Below are positions 10,077-21,569 of a stretch of 35,818 nucleotides of DNA, in pieces. Origin of the DNA: Rozella allomycis CSF55 (lineage: Eukaryota); contig KE560649.1 in the NCBI GenBank assembly GCA_000442015.1, positions 1-35,818 on the forward strand. The letters run 5' to 3'. How positions within the stretch are numbered: position 1 is the first letter of the stretch; each line of letters opens with the position of its first letter. The notes under the pieces were generated by a model. That model had not been told where the DNA came from. It ran no database searches and saw nothing but the letters and a program-made list of their open reading frames with translations. A program made the translations under genes and the position numbers.

Positions 10077-12394
10077 TCACATGTGCGATCTGACTAACGC
10101 ATCCCTTAGCTCCTCCAAACTAACAGGCTTTTCAATTACAACATCAGCACAATGTTCACCAATTTCATTACGTGATAATCCTGTAACTATGATTATTAAA
10201 CAGTCAGGCAGTAAATCTCTAAGCAAACGTGATCCTACGTCTCCATTAATTGAACCCAACAGTAATAAATCTGAAATAATAATATCGAAAACAGTTTTAT
10301 CTTGTATCTGGCTCAAAATTTTTTCTATTGATTGAAAAACAGATATTTTTGAAAAGCCCAAAATTGACAGCTGCTTTTCCAAAATTCTCTGGCAGACTGC
10401 GTTGTCATCCACAATTGCTATTCTAGATCCTTTAATCTCATCCATAATTGTTCCCATTTTCTCGTTTGTCATATGATTCTCTTCGTAAATCCACCGTTCC
10501 GGATTTTCCACTTTACAAAACTTAACAGCTGTATCAGGCAGGGCAATAGTACAACAGGCACCTAGTTTACCATCATTTCTATTATTCAATGTAATGTATC
10601 CGTTCACCAAGCTAACTATGTTTTTGCAAATTGATAATCCAAGACCAAGGCCACCCCTATTGTGACTTTGTTGAAAAAACTCTAGTCCTAGTTTATCCTT
10701 GTCATGCTCATCAATTCCAATTCCTTGATCTCTAATGATCAGTTTATAAAAGGTTGAATCTGACCAATCATCAAATATTTCTATTGTTTTTCCATTGTCA
10801 GAAAATTCTAAAAAATATAGTTTGAAGTTGATTACTGATTGCGTTACCAATAATGTTAATCAGCAACTGCTTTCCTCTAGAAATGTCAATGTGAATTATT
10901 GTATCATTTCGAACGCAAACCTTTATATTCATTGATTTAGAAGCAATGTTGTAGTTCAAAACGGATAAGACTTTTTTAAGAAGGAACGCAAGTCCTACGT
11001 CAACGGCATGGAAGGTTAGACTAGATTTGGTTGCACGGAGACTTTGGGAATCAATCAAATCATTCACAACTGTCTTCATTGTTTCCGAACATTCTTTTAT
11101 TATTGAAAGTAACTCTCTGCATTCAATACAATCAGTAGCACTTTCGAGAGCCCCAGTAATTCCATATAATGGAGTTTTCATCTCGTGAGAAAAAGACGAA
11201 AGTCCTTTTTGCAATGTCTTAAGTTTTTCATCTTGGAAAATCATGGTTTCTTTCATACTTTCATTAAATTTCTGTAACTCAGATATCTTCTCGAATGACC
11301 TCAATGCTTGCATTAGTCTAACAGTCCAAAGTTCTAATAGTTTAATATCGTGATGTGTAACTGGTCGAGTTTCAAAAGATGAAAACGCTAGGAGTACGCC
11401 ATATATTGTTCCATCATACTTTTTTAATACTACCCCACAACCTGAGAAAAATATACACTCGGGTAATGTATCAAAATTAAAGTCACTGTGTCTTTCAAAA
11501 TTCTCGCCGCACAAAAATATTGGGACTTTGTACTTCAAGTAACTCCAAAACTTTCGTTTTGATTTGGCCAATGAAAAAGCAGCTGAACAAAATTTTAATT
11601 CTAATTCACAACTGTTATTATACATTAAAAGAAAACAGCTTAATCCTAACTCTGATGAAATATTCGAGATCATGGGATCACAAATTGAATATGAGTTTTG
11701 AGGCTGTGATTTCATCATTACCTTTTCAATTGAAGAAAGAAATGTTTTCTCTCTTTCTTCTTTGATTTTAGATGTAAAACTGAGTAGTTCAAATGATCCT
11801 ATATCTGCAAACATGAATAACAATCTCTTGAACGCGCTAGGTATTTCTCCAATGTGCGGGGCTCTATCAATGACGCAAAATGTTCCTATTCTACAATTTC
11901 CCTTTCCATATTCAGATGGAACATTTATTGGTACACCAACGTAAAACTTTATTCCGTCAGCACAAGCAGTGTATGGATTACGTCTAAACCTCCAATCCTC
12001 GTTTGTATTCATGATTATCAGACAATCGTTACCAAGAATAACATGTCCGCAGATAGATTTACGCCGGTTGTAGCATTGAAAGGTTCCTTTAATAGTTACT
12101 GAAAGGAGAACATCCTCCGTAATGAAATTGTACATACACTCATAAGGTCCAAGCACTTCAGTTGCCTCCCGTAAACGCTTCTGTAAAATTGATATGAACT
12201 GACTATTCTCAAAAAAAGTTCCAAATGAATAAAGAGTATTAACTTTGTGAAATGAACAAAATTAATGTACGCCGAAAGAGTTCATCCTGAGGGACCAATG
12301 CTTCCAAGTATTCCCGCTTGGTGGCCTTTAAAATATCTGTTCCAGAAATAAGACTCTGGTTTGGATTGCCTTTAGATCTTTTCGTCCCAATCAT
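10077..12394 (-). CDS. Hybrid histidine kinase (GAF-[GAF-like]-HisKA-HATPase-REC); start uncertain
   Basis: GAF (PQDELFRLNTL, DWRFRRNP, IKFYVGVPI, IGTFCVID); H-box FSHEMKTPL; N-box NIIGNAIKFS restored by a 28-nt intron at 10808-10835; G-boxes DQGIGI and GLGLGLSIC; receiver IVDDN..IISD..IIVTG..EKPV. Confidence 0.92.
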
Positions 12395-12793
12395 TTGCAA
12401 AGAAAAGGTTGGCTGTTCCAAAGTTAAATTACCAGAATGGAAAGCAACCTGTTTTATTCTTGTACTGTAATTTATGAATGTGATTAATTTGTTAAGTTCC
12501 AAAAAGACCCATTGAAATATTTCCCATCTGTATCATCATTTCCTATTACTAATAAAGCAATAATTAATGCTTGCGCCATGCAATCATGAAGCATACTATC
12601 ATGTCTTCGATCAATACGGTGGAAAGTACTAGTAAGAAAGACTTCGACAAGCGTGTTTTCCAAATTTCATTATGTCATTATAGTGAAAACGTCTATAATA
12701 TTTTTTCAGGAGTTTATTCATGATTTTAGTACTTTGATTGATTTGAATGCCGTCTGATTTATTAAAAGCAACACGAAATTTGCTATTTTACAA

Positions 12794-14171
12794 ATGCTGG
12801 AATTTTTGACTGTCCAAGCAAAAGACTTTCTAGAAAACATATACAGAGACCCTATAAACGGATTTTGCGTATTTGGTATGCTAGATACACTTTCACAATC
12901 TGTCATTCTGCGTTTTCTCTGGTCTGATTCCCCGTTGCCCATATCCTTTATCAATAAATGGAGAAGAGATCCTTCAGTAGCATTAAATGCGAGTTTGAAA
13001 ACTTTGAACAGACTGAAGATTATTGTAAAGTGTAACGAAGGCCTCGAAATACTGCCTATACTAAAAGAATCGCTGCGGACAGCCTTTACAAATCCGTATA
13101 AAGTTAAATATAACATAGTATAGATATTCTTTATCCTGTAATTTTTCGTCTCGAGATATCGATATCGAAACACTGAGGAAATACGCTGATGACAAATGGG
13201 AATCCTTATTGATGTCTTTAGTATTTCAGGGCTCTGGTTCTTCAGCTGCTTCCAAATGGCTGACTTATTGTGGCTTTAGAGATTCCAAGACTAAATCGTA
13301 GCAAATTATGTCGTTGTAGATTAGAATCACACAAGAGGGTTTTCAGTTTATGATGGAGGGTACTCAGACACAACTTTCCAAATTTGTTACAAAAATATTT
13401 TCAAAGAATCAGCAGTACGTAGCTGAGAATTTTTCTCTTTTAGCGCATAGCGCGTTTGTTCCGTTGGGATCGGTAATATTGATATCTGCTTGACACAGCA
13501 GGGAAATGACATGAGATCATATTCGCAGACACAAAAACAATTCATAAAAGATTGTTCCGAGTTTGGACTTTACTTTATCAAAGGAGATCTAGCATATCCC
13601 ACCAAATTTGTTACAATGTTGTTCTCGGACAAAACTATTCAAGAAACGACTGGTTTTATTCTAGTGGAAACGAACTTTAGAGTGTATGCTTATACAGAGT
13701 CTGATTTGAACATGGCTATTCTTAAACTATTTTGTCACATGCAAGGCCGATTCCCCAACCTGGTTTACGGCTTGATAACGCAGGATTCTGTACGAAAAGC
13801 ATATGATATGGGTATTACAGCAAAGCAAGTAAACATGTCATTTATTTTGGAATAGATTATATCGTTTTTGACATCTCACGCGCATCCGAGAATGAAGCAG
13901 ACGGGGCAATCCCAACTGATTCCGACTACTATTTGCGATCAGCTTTTGCTTTGGGAGAAGGATACATTGCGTGTTTCATCGAGTGCGTTTTTAATGTACG
14001 AGGGATTTGAAAACGAAGGGATGTTTGCAGAGGCTTGTCAATACATTAATAGGATTAAAGGGGTTCACATTCAAGATTCCAAGAACCGACGAATATATGT
14101 GCAAGAAGACTATAATGANAGACTTTAATGACAAGTTTAGAGAATTCTTAAGAACCCTTCGAGCGGACTAG
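12794..14171 (+). CDS. TFB2: TFIIH subunit p52/Tfb2; multi-exon
   Basis: ITQEGFQF, GFILVETNFRVYAYT, RFPNLVYGLITQDSVRKAYDMGITAKQI, HAHP, PTTICDQLLLWE. Apparent frameshift at N14119 is a duplication artefact. Confidence 0.93.
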
Positions 14172-14288
14172 CTGATAGCTATATATGATTTATGCACTTT
14201 TATAATAAACTCTTATAACATTGTAATTAAATATAATCGATAATTAATCTTTATATCTTTCAAATCCATAGAAAATGTAATTCTCCGA

Positions 14289-17200
14289 ATGAATTTCAAA
14301 ACGGCCAAGATCAATTCCGTAATTTTCAGTACAGACGATGCACTCTTTGAAAAGCTAAAAGAAAAGTCCCAAAGCGCCGAAACAGTAAAACCAAAAAAGA
14401 GTGGCGCATTGAATCTAAACGATCTATTCATCCCGCGCACTCAAATCGACAAGCGCATTGAAAGCTGCAGTCTTCCAGAGACGCCCGCGATGAGCCACCG
14501 GCACTACCGCCCGCAGTCTCCGTTGAAGGGTGCGTACAACCACATCAGCTATATGCACAGCCGGCTGTACACGCTGACGAGCCAGGGGTATTTGACGTGG
14601 CGGCTGGAGAGCAAAAAGAAGCGGCTAGTGAAGCGCGAGGAGAGGAGTGTGGATGTGTATGCCAAGAAGAGCGGCGGTGTTAAGCGGATGAACAAGCTGA
14701 ATGTGCGAGCGGAGAACAATGCGCTGGTGGTTTCTTGCCAGAATAATTTGGAGAGGGTGTTGAAGCAGCTGTCGGATGCTGAGATTATGAATGATGAGTT
14801 TACAAAGGTTGAGGCGTTGGAGAATGTGGTTGATTGTTTGTTTGATGTGAATCAGAAACTGGAGAATGGAGGTAAGGTTGTTGAATGAGTGGGATAGATT
14901 CGCTGTTTTTGAAGAAGTATTCGTTTCATACGATTGTCAAGTTGATTTTTAATGTGTTGAATAAGATTGACGAGAGTTCCATGTCGGGAGCTATAGTAAA
15001 GGAAGCGAGCCAGTTGTTTGCGACTATTGTAAATCTTAATGGTATGTGATTGAATTTTGTTGGGATTAGAAAAGAATGTGAGATTGATTTACGAGAATGA
15101 AGGGCTACGGTGGCTGTTGAATACGTTGCTGAGTTCGACTAGATGGAATACGCAACGAGGTAAGATGAAGATTTAAAGATTAAAGAATCATCAACGATAT
15201 CGTCAAAGAATAGTGCAAAGTCTAAATCGGGATCTATGATGTACAGTTCAACGAGCATTAATGGGATGAATGGAAGAAACAGTGTGAATTCAAATGAAAA
15301 GATGATGAATATAGTTTCTAACAACAATGTGATGAATGTTGGATTAAAAGTTACAAATTCTAGTTTACAAAATGTGCCAAATATGTTTTCATCTAATGGC
15401 AAAATAAACAACAGCAATGTCGCTAATAATAAAATAAATTCACGTCGCAATTCGTTTATAGTTGGGGGAGGACCGATTCAGCGTAAGAAGCTGACTGATG
15501 TGATTCTGAATGAAGACAATATGATTTCTGGACTATTGAGAAACTACATGGAGAGTAGTTTTCTGGATGATTTAGAAAAGATGGGCAAAGAACAGCGAAA
15601 GGATGTTGTGAAGAATTTGTTGCTGTTGTTTTGCAAGGTAGGGAAGCTTCTTTCAGCGACCAATTTTATTTCCGTTGAATTGAATTTGCATTCAGCGCTG
15701 AACAAGATTGTTAAAGAAGCAGCGTCAATTTTAGAGTCTGAGAGGGGTGGATTTTATTTTGTGGATATGAATTGCAAGGAGATTAAGGGGATTGATTGTT
15801 TGATTAATGAAAATTTTGTGAAATTTCCTATTGGTAGTGGAGTGTGTGGGCAAGTTGCTTTGAAGAATGAGGCGATAATATTGAGTGATGTGAATAAGAG
15901 TCCGTATTTTAATAGCAGGGTGGATGGATTTCCAGACTTGACTGTTAATAGTATGATATGTATGCCCGCCAAGTCTAAAGATGGGAATATTGAAGGGGTG
16001 TTGTTTGTAGTGAATAAAGAGAATGGGTTTCTGGATGAAGATGTGTTTCTGTTGAAGCATTTAGCGTTGCAAGTTGGGATTGTGATTGGCAATACGAGAT
16101 CGTATGAAACAATAAAGAATACGCAAAAGAAGGTTGAAGTTTTGCTGGGAACAACAAAGTCGCTTTCGTCTGAATTGGAGTTGGAGAAATTGATACAAGC
16201 GATAATGCAAGCAGCGAAAGATTTGCTGGGGGCTGATAGATGCACTCTGTATTTGATTGATCAAGAAAAGAGAGAATTGTGGTCGCAAGTGCAGGGTAGA
16301 AATGGAATTCAAGAGATTAGATTTAGCATGAATGTTGGATTGTCAGGGTTTGTTGCATCTACAGGTCAAGTAATCTTTAGACTGTGATTTAATTTAGACT
16401 TTGAATATTCCTGATGCGTATAAAGATCCCAGATTCAATCCATTGATTGATAAACAGACTGGCTATAGAACTAAAACGATGCTTTGTATGCCAATAAAGA
16501 ATACTTCTGGCGTTATAATTGGAGTGACTCAAATGATTAATAAATTGAATGGAACGTTTGGTCCTGAAGATGAACAACTGTTGTCAGCATTTTCTTCTCA
16601 AGGTACATTTACAACTAATGATTAAATTACAGCTGCTGTGGCTATTGAAAAGTCATATTTGTTTAGAAAGACTGAAGAAATGAAAAATCATTTGGAATCT
16701 ATTTTAGAGTCAATTACAGATTGTGTTTTAACTTTATCAGATTCTGGCCATTTAGTAAATTTCTCAAATTGATTTAAAAGATTTCGATTAACCACAATTG
16801 GCTTATTGATGCTCTGGGTGAAAAGGAAGAAGATTTTAAATCGCTTCCAGTTGATTCATGGCTGGGAAAGAATAATCCACTCTTCCTGAAAGATGTTCGC
16901 TATGTCTATAAGAATAATTCATCTGTTTCTATTTCTGATTATGAATTGAAAAGTTCGCTTGGATCAACTAAATTTGTCAATTACAAAATATTGCCGCTTG
17001 TTGGGATTACAGGGGTTGTTATTGTGATTGAAGATGTTTCTGAAGAAAGAAGAATGATGACGACCCTTGGAAGGTAAATTAAAAGTTTGATAATTATAAG
17101 ATACATGTCGCCTGCTCTTGTTAAACAAGTGATGGCTGAAGGTGGATCTCAGTTGGGCGGCACGAGAATTAATGTTAGTGTTCTCTTCAGTGACATTCGA

Positions 17201-18003
17201 TCATTCACCAACATTGCTGAATCTATGCCTCCATCTCAAGTAGTTGAATTGCTGAACAGACATTTCTCTGATGCCGTCAATGCAATAACTTCTGAGCAAG
17301 GTGTGTTAGATAAATTCATTGGTGATGCGTGCATGGCTGTCTTTGGTGTTCCATTCCCACAGCCGTCTGATCCAATCAACGCGTGCAATGCAGCACTAAA
17401 GATGCAACAGGCGATGGATATTTTAAATGAAGAAAATATTTCTGCTGGAAAACAAACTCTCAAAATTGGTATTTCATTTTAATTGATTTGATAGGAATTG
17501 GCATTAACAGTGGTGAAGTGTTGTCTGGAAATATTGGCTCTGAAAAGAGAATGGACTATACAGTCATTGGAGATAATGTCAATTTGGCTTCAAGGATTGA
17601 ATCTCTCACTAAATACTATGGAGTTTCTATTCTAATTTCTGACAGCACATTCAATGAAATCAAACAATTTGAATCTAATGAATCCAATAATTTTCTCTTC
17701 TTGACTAGAGAAATCGATAAAGTTAAAGTAGTTGGCAAATCAACCGCTTGCGTTATTTACCAGCTGTACGGGAAACACGGCGACGACATTCCACCACAGA
17801 AAGCTTCTTGCTATGATAAGTTTGTTAACGCTAAAAAACTTTATTATCAAAGGAAATTTGATCAAGCATTGTCGCTGTTTGAAGAAGCTCATAATGAATT
17901 TAATGATACCCCCTGTCTCATCTTTCTGAAACGATGCAAGGAGTTTATCAGTGAACCGCCAGCTGAAGATTGGGATGGAACTTTTACTCTGGTAGAAAAA
18001 TAA
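14289..18003 (+). CDS. Class III adenylyl cyclase: helical/ARM-like N-terminus, Asn/Ser linker, GAF-GAF-PAS-like-CYC-TPR-like; multi-exon
   Basis: ORFs join through small introns; two GAFs with NKxxxF..ED motifs; catalytic [53 protein letters not shown]-terminal helical repeat ending WDG. Confidence 0.9.
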
Positions 18004-18021
18004 CAATTAAATCAAACCAAT

Positions 18022-18059
18022 CAAATAGAAATAAATAGAAACAAATAGAAATAAATAAA
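18022..18059 (+). repeat. Short A-rich tandem repeat (AAATAGAAA-type units) between convergent genes
   Basis: caaatagaaataaatagaaacaaatagaaataaataaa visible directly. Confidence 0.6.
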
Positions 18060-18091
18060 CATTCAAATTTTAATGTTAAAATTCTCATCTT

Positions 18092-18613
18092 TTATATTTT
18101 ACTTTTGGCGATTGAGATTATCATTGCTGGAAATACAAAACATGCAAAATCTTCCAAAACTTCCTTTATGCTAATCCTTCTTGTCGTCACTAGAGTCACT
18201 ATTTCTATTCCAACAAACAATGTCGAAATGATCACCGAATCATAATACATAAAACACGAAACAATAGACAGAAATACCAACAGCACTGTTTTAAGTAATA
18301 CAAATCTTTTAATCAACTCCATGCTGCTCTCCTCTTTAACAGATTGAACTGAGTGTACCTCGGTAGGTTCGCTTTTGACAGTGTCTTCTTTATCATCCAC
18401 TTCTCTAGCACGAACATTTTGCAGAGTCTGTTCATCTTCATCTTCAACTTTTTGCACTGAAATCCGTTCTTTTAAAACCTGCTCCCTTTCAGCTATCCAT
18501 TGCGCGTCATCTTCCTTGCCAGCGAAATTGGCCGACAACATTGATAATCTGTTTTCAGACCTTTCTAGTATCTTCTTTTTTCTCTCCAACCTTTTAGCTG
18601 CTGCCTCATCCAT
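18092..18613 (-). CDS. GET complex subunit Get2/CAML-like
   Basis: N-terminal basic motif KRLERKKKILERSENRLSML, charged linker, three C-terminal hydrophobic segments with EDFACFVF in the last. Confidence 0.72.
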   Translation of the reverse strand: MDEAAAKRLERKKKILERSENRLSMLSANFAGKEDDAQWIAEREQVLKERISVQKVEDEDEQTLQNVRAREVDDKEDTVKSEPTEVHSVQSVKEESSMELIKRFVLLKTVLLVFLSIVSCFMYYDSVIISTLFVGIEIVTLVTTRRISIKEVLEDFACFVFPAMIISIAKSKI

Positions 18614-18736
18614 CGTCAAGTTGTGACCAAGCCATTCAAGTAAGTGAGTATCATAAAACACAAGTATAAATTCGATTTCACATTCTAATTTCTAAACAAT
18701 ATTTAATTCATAATTATTTATTTAGTAATTCCCTCT

Positions 18737-19295
18737 TCATGCCTTTACAGCCGAAGTGTTAGCCTTGGCCTCATTAGAAACCTTCACATTAATCACATCC
18801 AAAACAACCTGCAGCTGGTTCTTCTTTTCCGCCACACTCTCCTGCAACTTGCTCAACTGGTTCTGAATAAACTCTGTCTTTCTCTTAAAATACTCTCGCG
18901 CATCCGCAACAGACTATACACCCCCTCAATCTCTCTTACCTTTTCAGCAAAATACCCGGTGCCGATATCAACCGCAACTTTATTAATATTGCTCATCTTG
19001 CCTGGCACATACAGACTTTGCGTCAGCGGGATAAACACCTCCTTGTCTGGTGTAGCGTTTAATGATATCTTACCGGCGTTGGCAGGAACAAACGTGTCGA
19101 GGCATTCGTGGCTCTTGTAGAATTTCGCTTGCGCTATTTTCAACTGCGAAAAGGAACTCGTGAGCACGTTCAGGTCCTGTGAGAGGAGTTTAGTGCGGTT
19201 ACCTGGTCTATCTGAGCCTTGATTTGCTGAAGCTGCTGTAAAGGCATTTGCAAGAGTGCGTTTACCGCTTCTGTGCCTGTTGGTTCGGAAGTCAT
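18737..19295 (-). CDS. PFDN5: Prefoldin subunit 5 (alpha type); multi-exon
   Basis: LTSSFSQLKIAQAKF, EVFIPLTQSLYVPGK, VAVDIGTGYFAEK. Confidence 0.95.
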
Positions 19296-19409
19296 GGATT
19301 GCGAAATTTCAGCTTACCTAATCCAACGATTTGAATCGATTTGGATGCTTGGTTATATTTAAAGAATAAAACAATAAGTAAAGAATGCAAGAAGAGTTAA
19401 AATGTTGCT

Positions 19410-21558
19410 ATGAAAACGAAAACAGAAAACGCTGTTTTCGCGAGAAATGAAAAAAGAAAAGTAAATGAGAATGCAATGCAGAGAAATAATGAAATTAAAA
19501 ATGATTTATTTGACGCTATACCCGATAACTATCAGATTTTGCCGAATCAAGGAACGAAATCATCGTAATGCTATTTATGTTTCATGATGAAGATTTTTCA
19601 ATAGTAGACTTAGGATGAATGGGATTTCATTCTTGGAGACTAATATAGATGCGCTTTTGGGAGGAAGAGTTAGTCAGATTGATGAAAAGCAAGTTGTATT
19701 GCAATTGGCAAAAATCATCAATGTATTTAATGATTCAGTAAACTGAATTAAACTTTTTGAGGAAGTGCGTAAAGCAAAGGAACCCTATTGTTTCTAGCAA
19801 TCCAATATATAATTTGCGATTGGCACTANCTAAACTTTTTTCTGGTAAATAGTGAATCTATTTTGAATAGAATTTAATAAGAGAGCAGGATAAAATGATT
19901 AGTGAATTGTTGGATGATTATGAAAAGATTGAAAATGATAATGCATTGTTAAAAGATATTCTCTCTCATCAATCTTTGAAGAATACATCAAAGTCTAGTT
20001 TTGTTATAAAGAGAGTTTTAAAAGTTGTGCCTAGAAGTGAATTGCCTGTGAATGAAGTAGGCATAATGTTTCCTGAGAATCCAATCAAATTTTGCAATGT
20101 TGGTTGTGGAGTTGAAGAAGAGATCAAAAGAATAATATTCATAGACGGGACGATGCAGACAGATGTAGTGAATAAAAGTGACGTGCAGACAATGACAGAA
20201 GCAAAGATAGAGAAAAGGAGTTTCAAGGAGACTTCAATGCAAACTGAAGAAGAAGAGTCAGATGATGAGGNAGAAGAAGAGTCAGATGAGGAGGAAGAAG
20301 AAACGTTTTATGAAAGTTTTGCGAATGTTCAATCAATCCATGAAGATGAAAAGACATCTTTAATGTAAAATAATTGTAAAGTATAGACAGAGACTCTCCC
20401 GCTTCGATTTCTTCATTGGCATCAAGTTCGCTGTACAAATCTGTTTATAAACTCTCTGCGAAATCTTCAAAGGCAATGTTGCTAAAAACATCAATGGAAT
20501 TAACAGATTTGCGTGAAAAAGTAAATGAATTAATCCAATTGAAGTAGAATGAACACCAGCAAACATCAATAAAGGAATATGTCGACAAGATTGACTTTTT
20601 GGAAAAAAAAATAATACAATTGAATGAAACTGTGCAAAAAGTGAATGAAGAAAGAGATTCTTTGATTATAAAGTTTGAGGAAGCCAATTTCCAAAATATC
20701 GAAAATGAAAAAAGAATTTCATTATTAAAAGAGAAGATTGAAAAATTAGAGGAAATTGTTAAAGAAAAAGATTTGATTATCAAAATAACTCAAAATGATT
20801 TGAATCACAGCATTTTGACAGAGCGACGATCAAAAATTGAAATTGAAAAGTTGGAACAAGAAATAATCAATTTGAGAAATGAAATCTTCAATAATGAAAT
20901 AAAATCAAATGAAAATTACTTAAAGCTAAGGAATGAATTGGATAAAGAAAAGGAAAACTTCAACTTGGCCATATTGAATTTAGAATCAAGGTAAATGGAA
21001 ACTATTTCTTCAATTAGACATGAAATGGAAAAAAATGATTTAAATGATAGAAATATAAAGTGTGAAGAAGAGATTGAAAAGTTGAAAAAACAAATTGAAC
21101 AATTAATGAAATTTCCAGATTTCCTCTCTTCAACGAATTCAAATAATAAAGATCTTTCACCTGAAGAAATGGATTTAAAACTTGAAAATTTAATTAAAGC
21201 AAATAATCTCAGAATATCTTTACTAGAAGAAAAGAGTAAAGAGTACAGAAATATGAGGTTTCAATATGCCAAATCTCTGAATACGCAGCATGAAATTCCA
21301 TTGCCTGAGCCTGTTAACCTTTTAAAAGAGAAAATGATTATAAACAAAAATATTGGGTTTGAATTCCCATCTAATAAATCATTCGACCAAACTGATGATT
21401 TAGATGAACGCAGTGTGCCTATTCAGCAAGATGAATGGAAAATTTCTTCTTGCTCAACTCTTAAATTAAACGTAGTCCCTGTCGTTCCTCATCCAAGAAG
21501 AAACCCTACAACAAGACCACGTTATGCACACAGACAATACTCTGCAAAGAAATATTAA
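19410..21558 (+). CDS. Long coiled-coil protein with CCDC157-like C-terminus; multi-exon, 5' end uncertain
   Basis: Extended heptad pattern; LMKFPDF..LIKANNLRISLLEE resembles the CCDC157 motif as recalled (LVAFPDL..VQSNDIRIRVLQEE). Confidence 0.6.
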
Positions 21559-21569
21559 AATAATTTTAT

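Noticed and set aside
10798..10850. Apparent frameshift or pseudogene in the histidine kinase
   Set aside because: A 28-nt GT-AG intron restores the NAIKFS N-box.
14107..14131. Premature stop at the TFB2 3' end
   Set aside because: Caused by a 12-bp duplication around a single N; removing it gives a normal C-terminus.
10077..18003. Bacterial contamination or a recent operon transfer (kinase plus cyclase)
   Set aside because: Both genes carry host-type tiny introns and flank eukaryotic TFB2.
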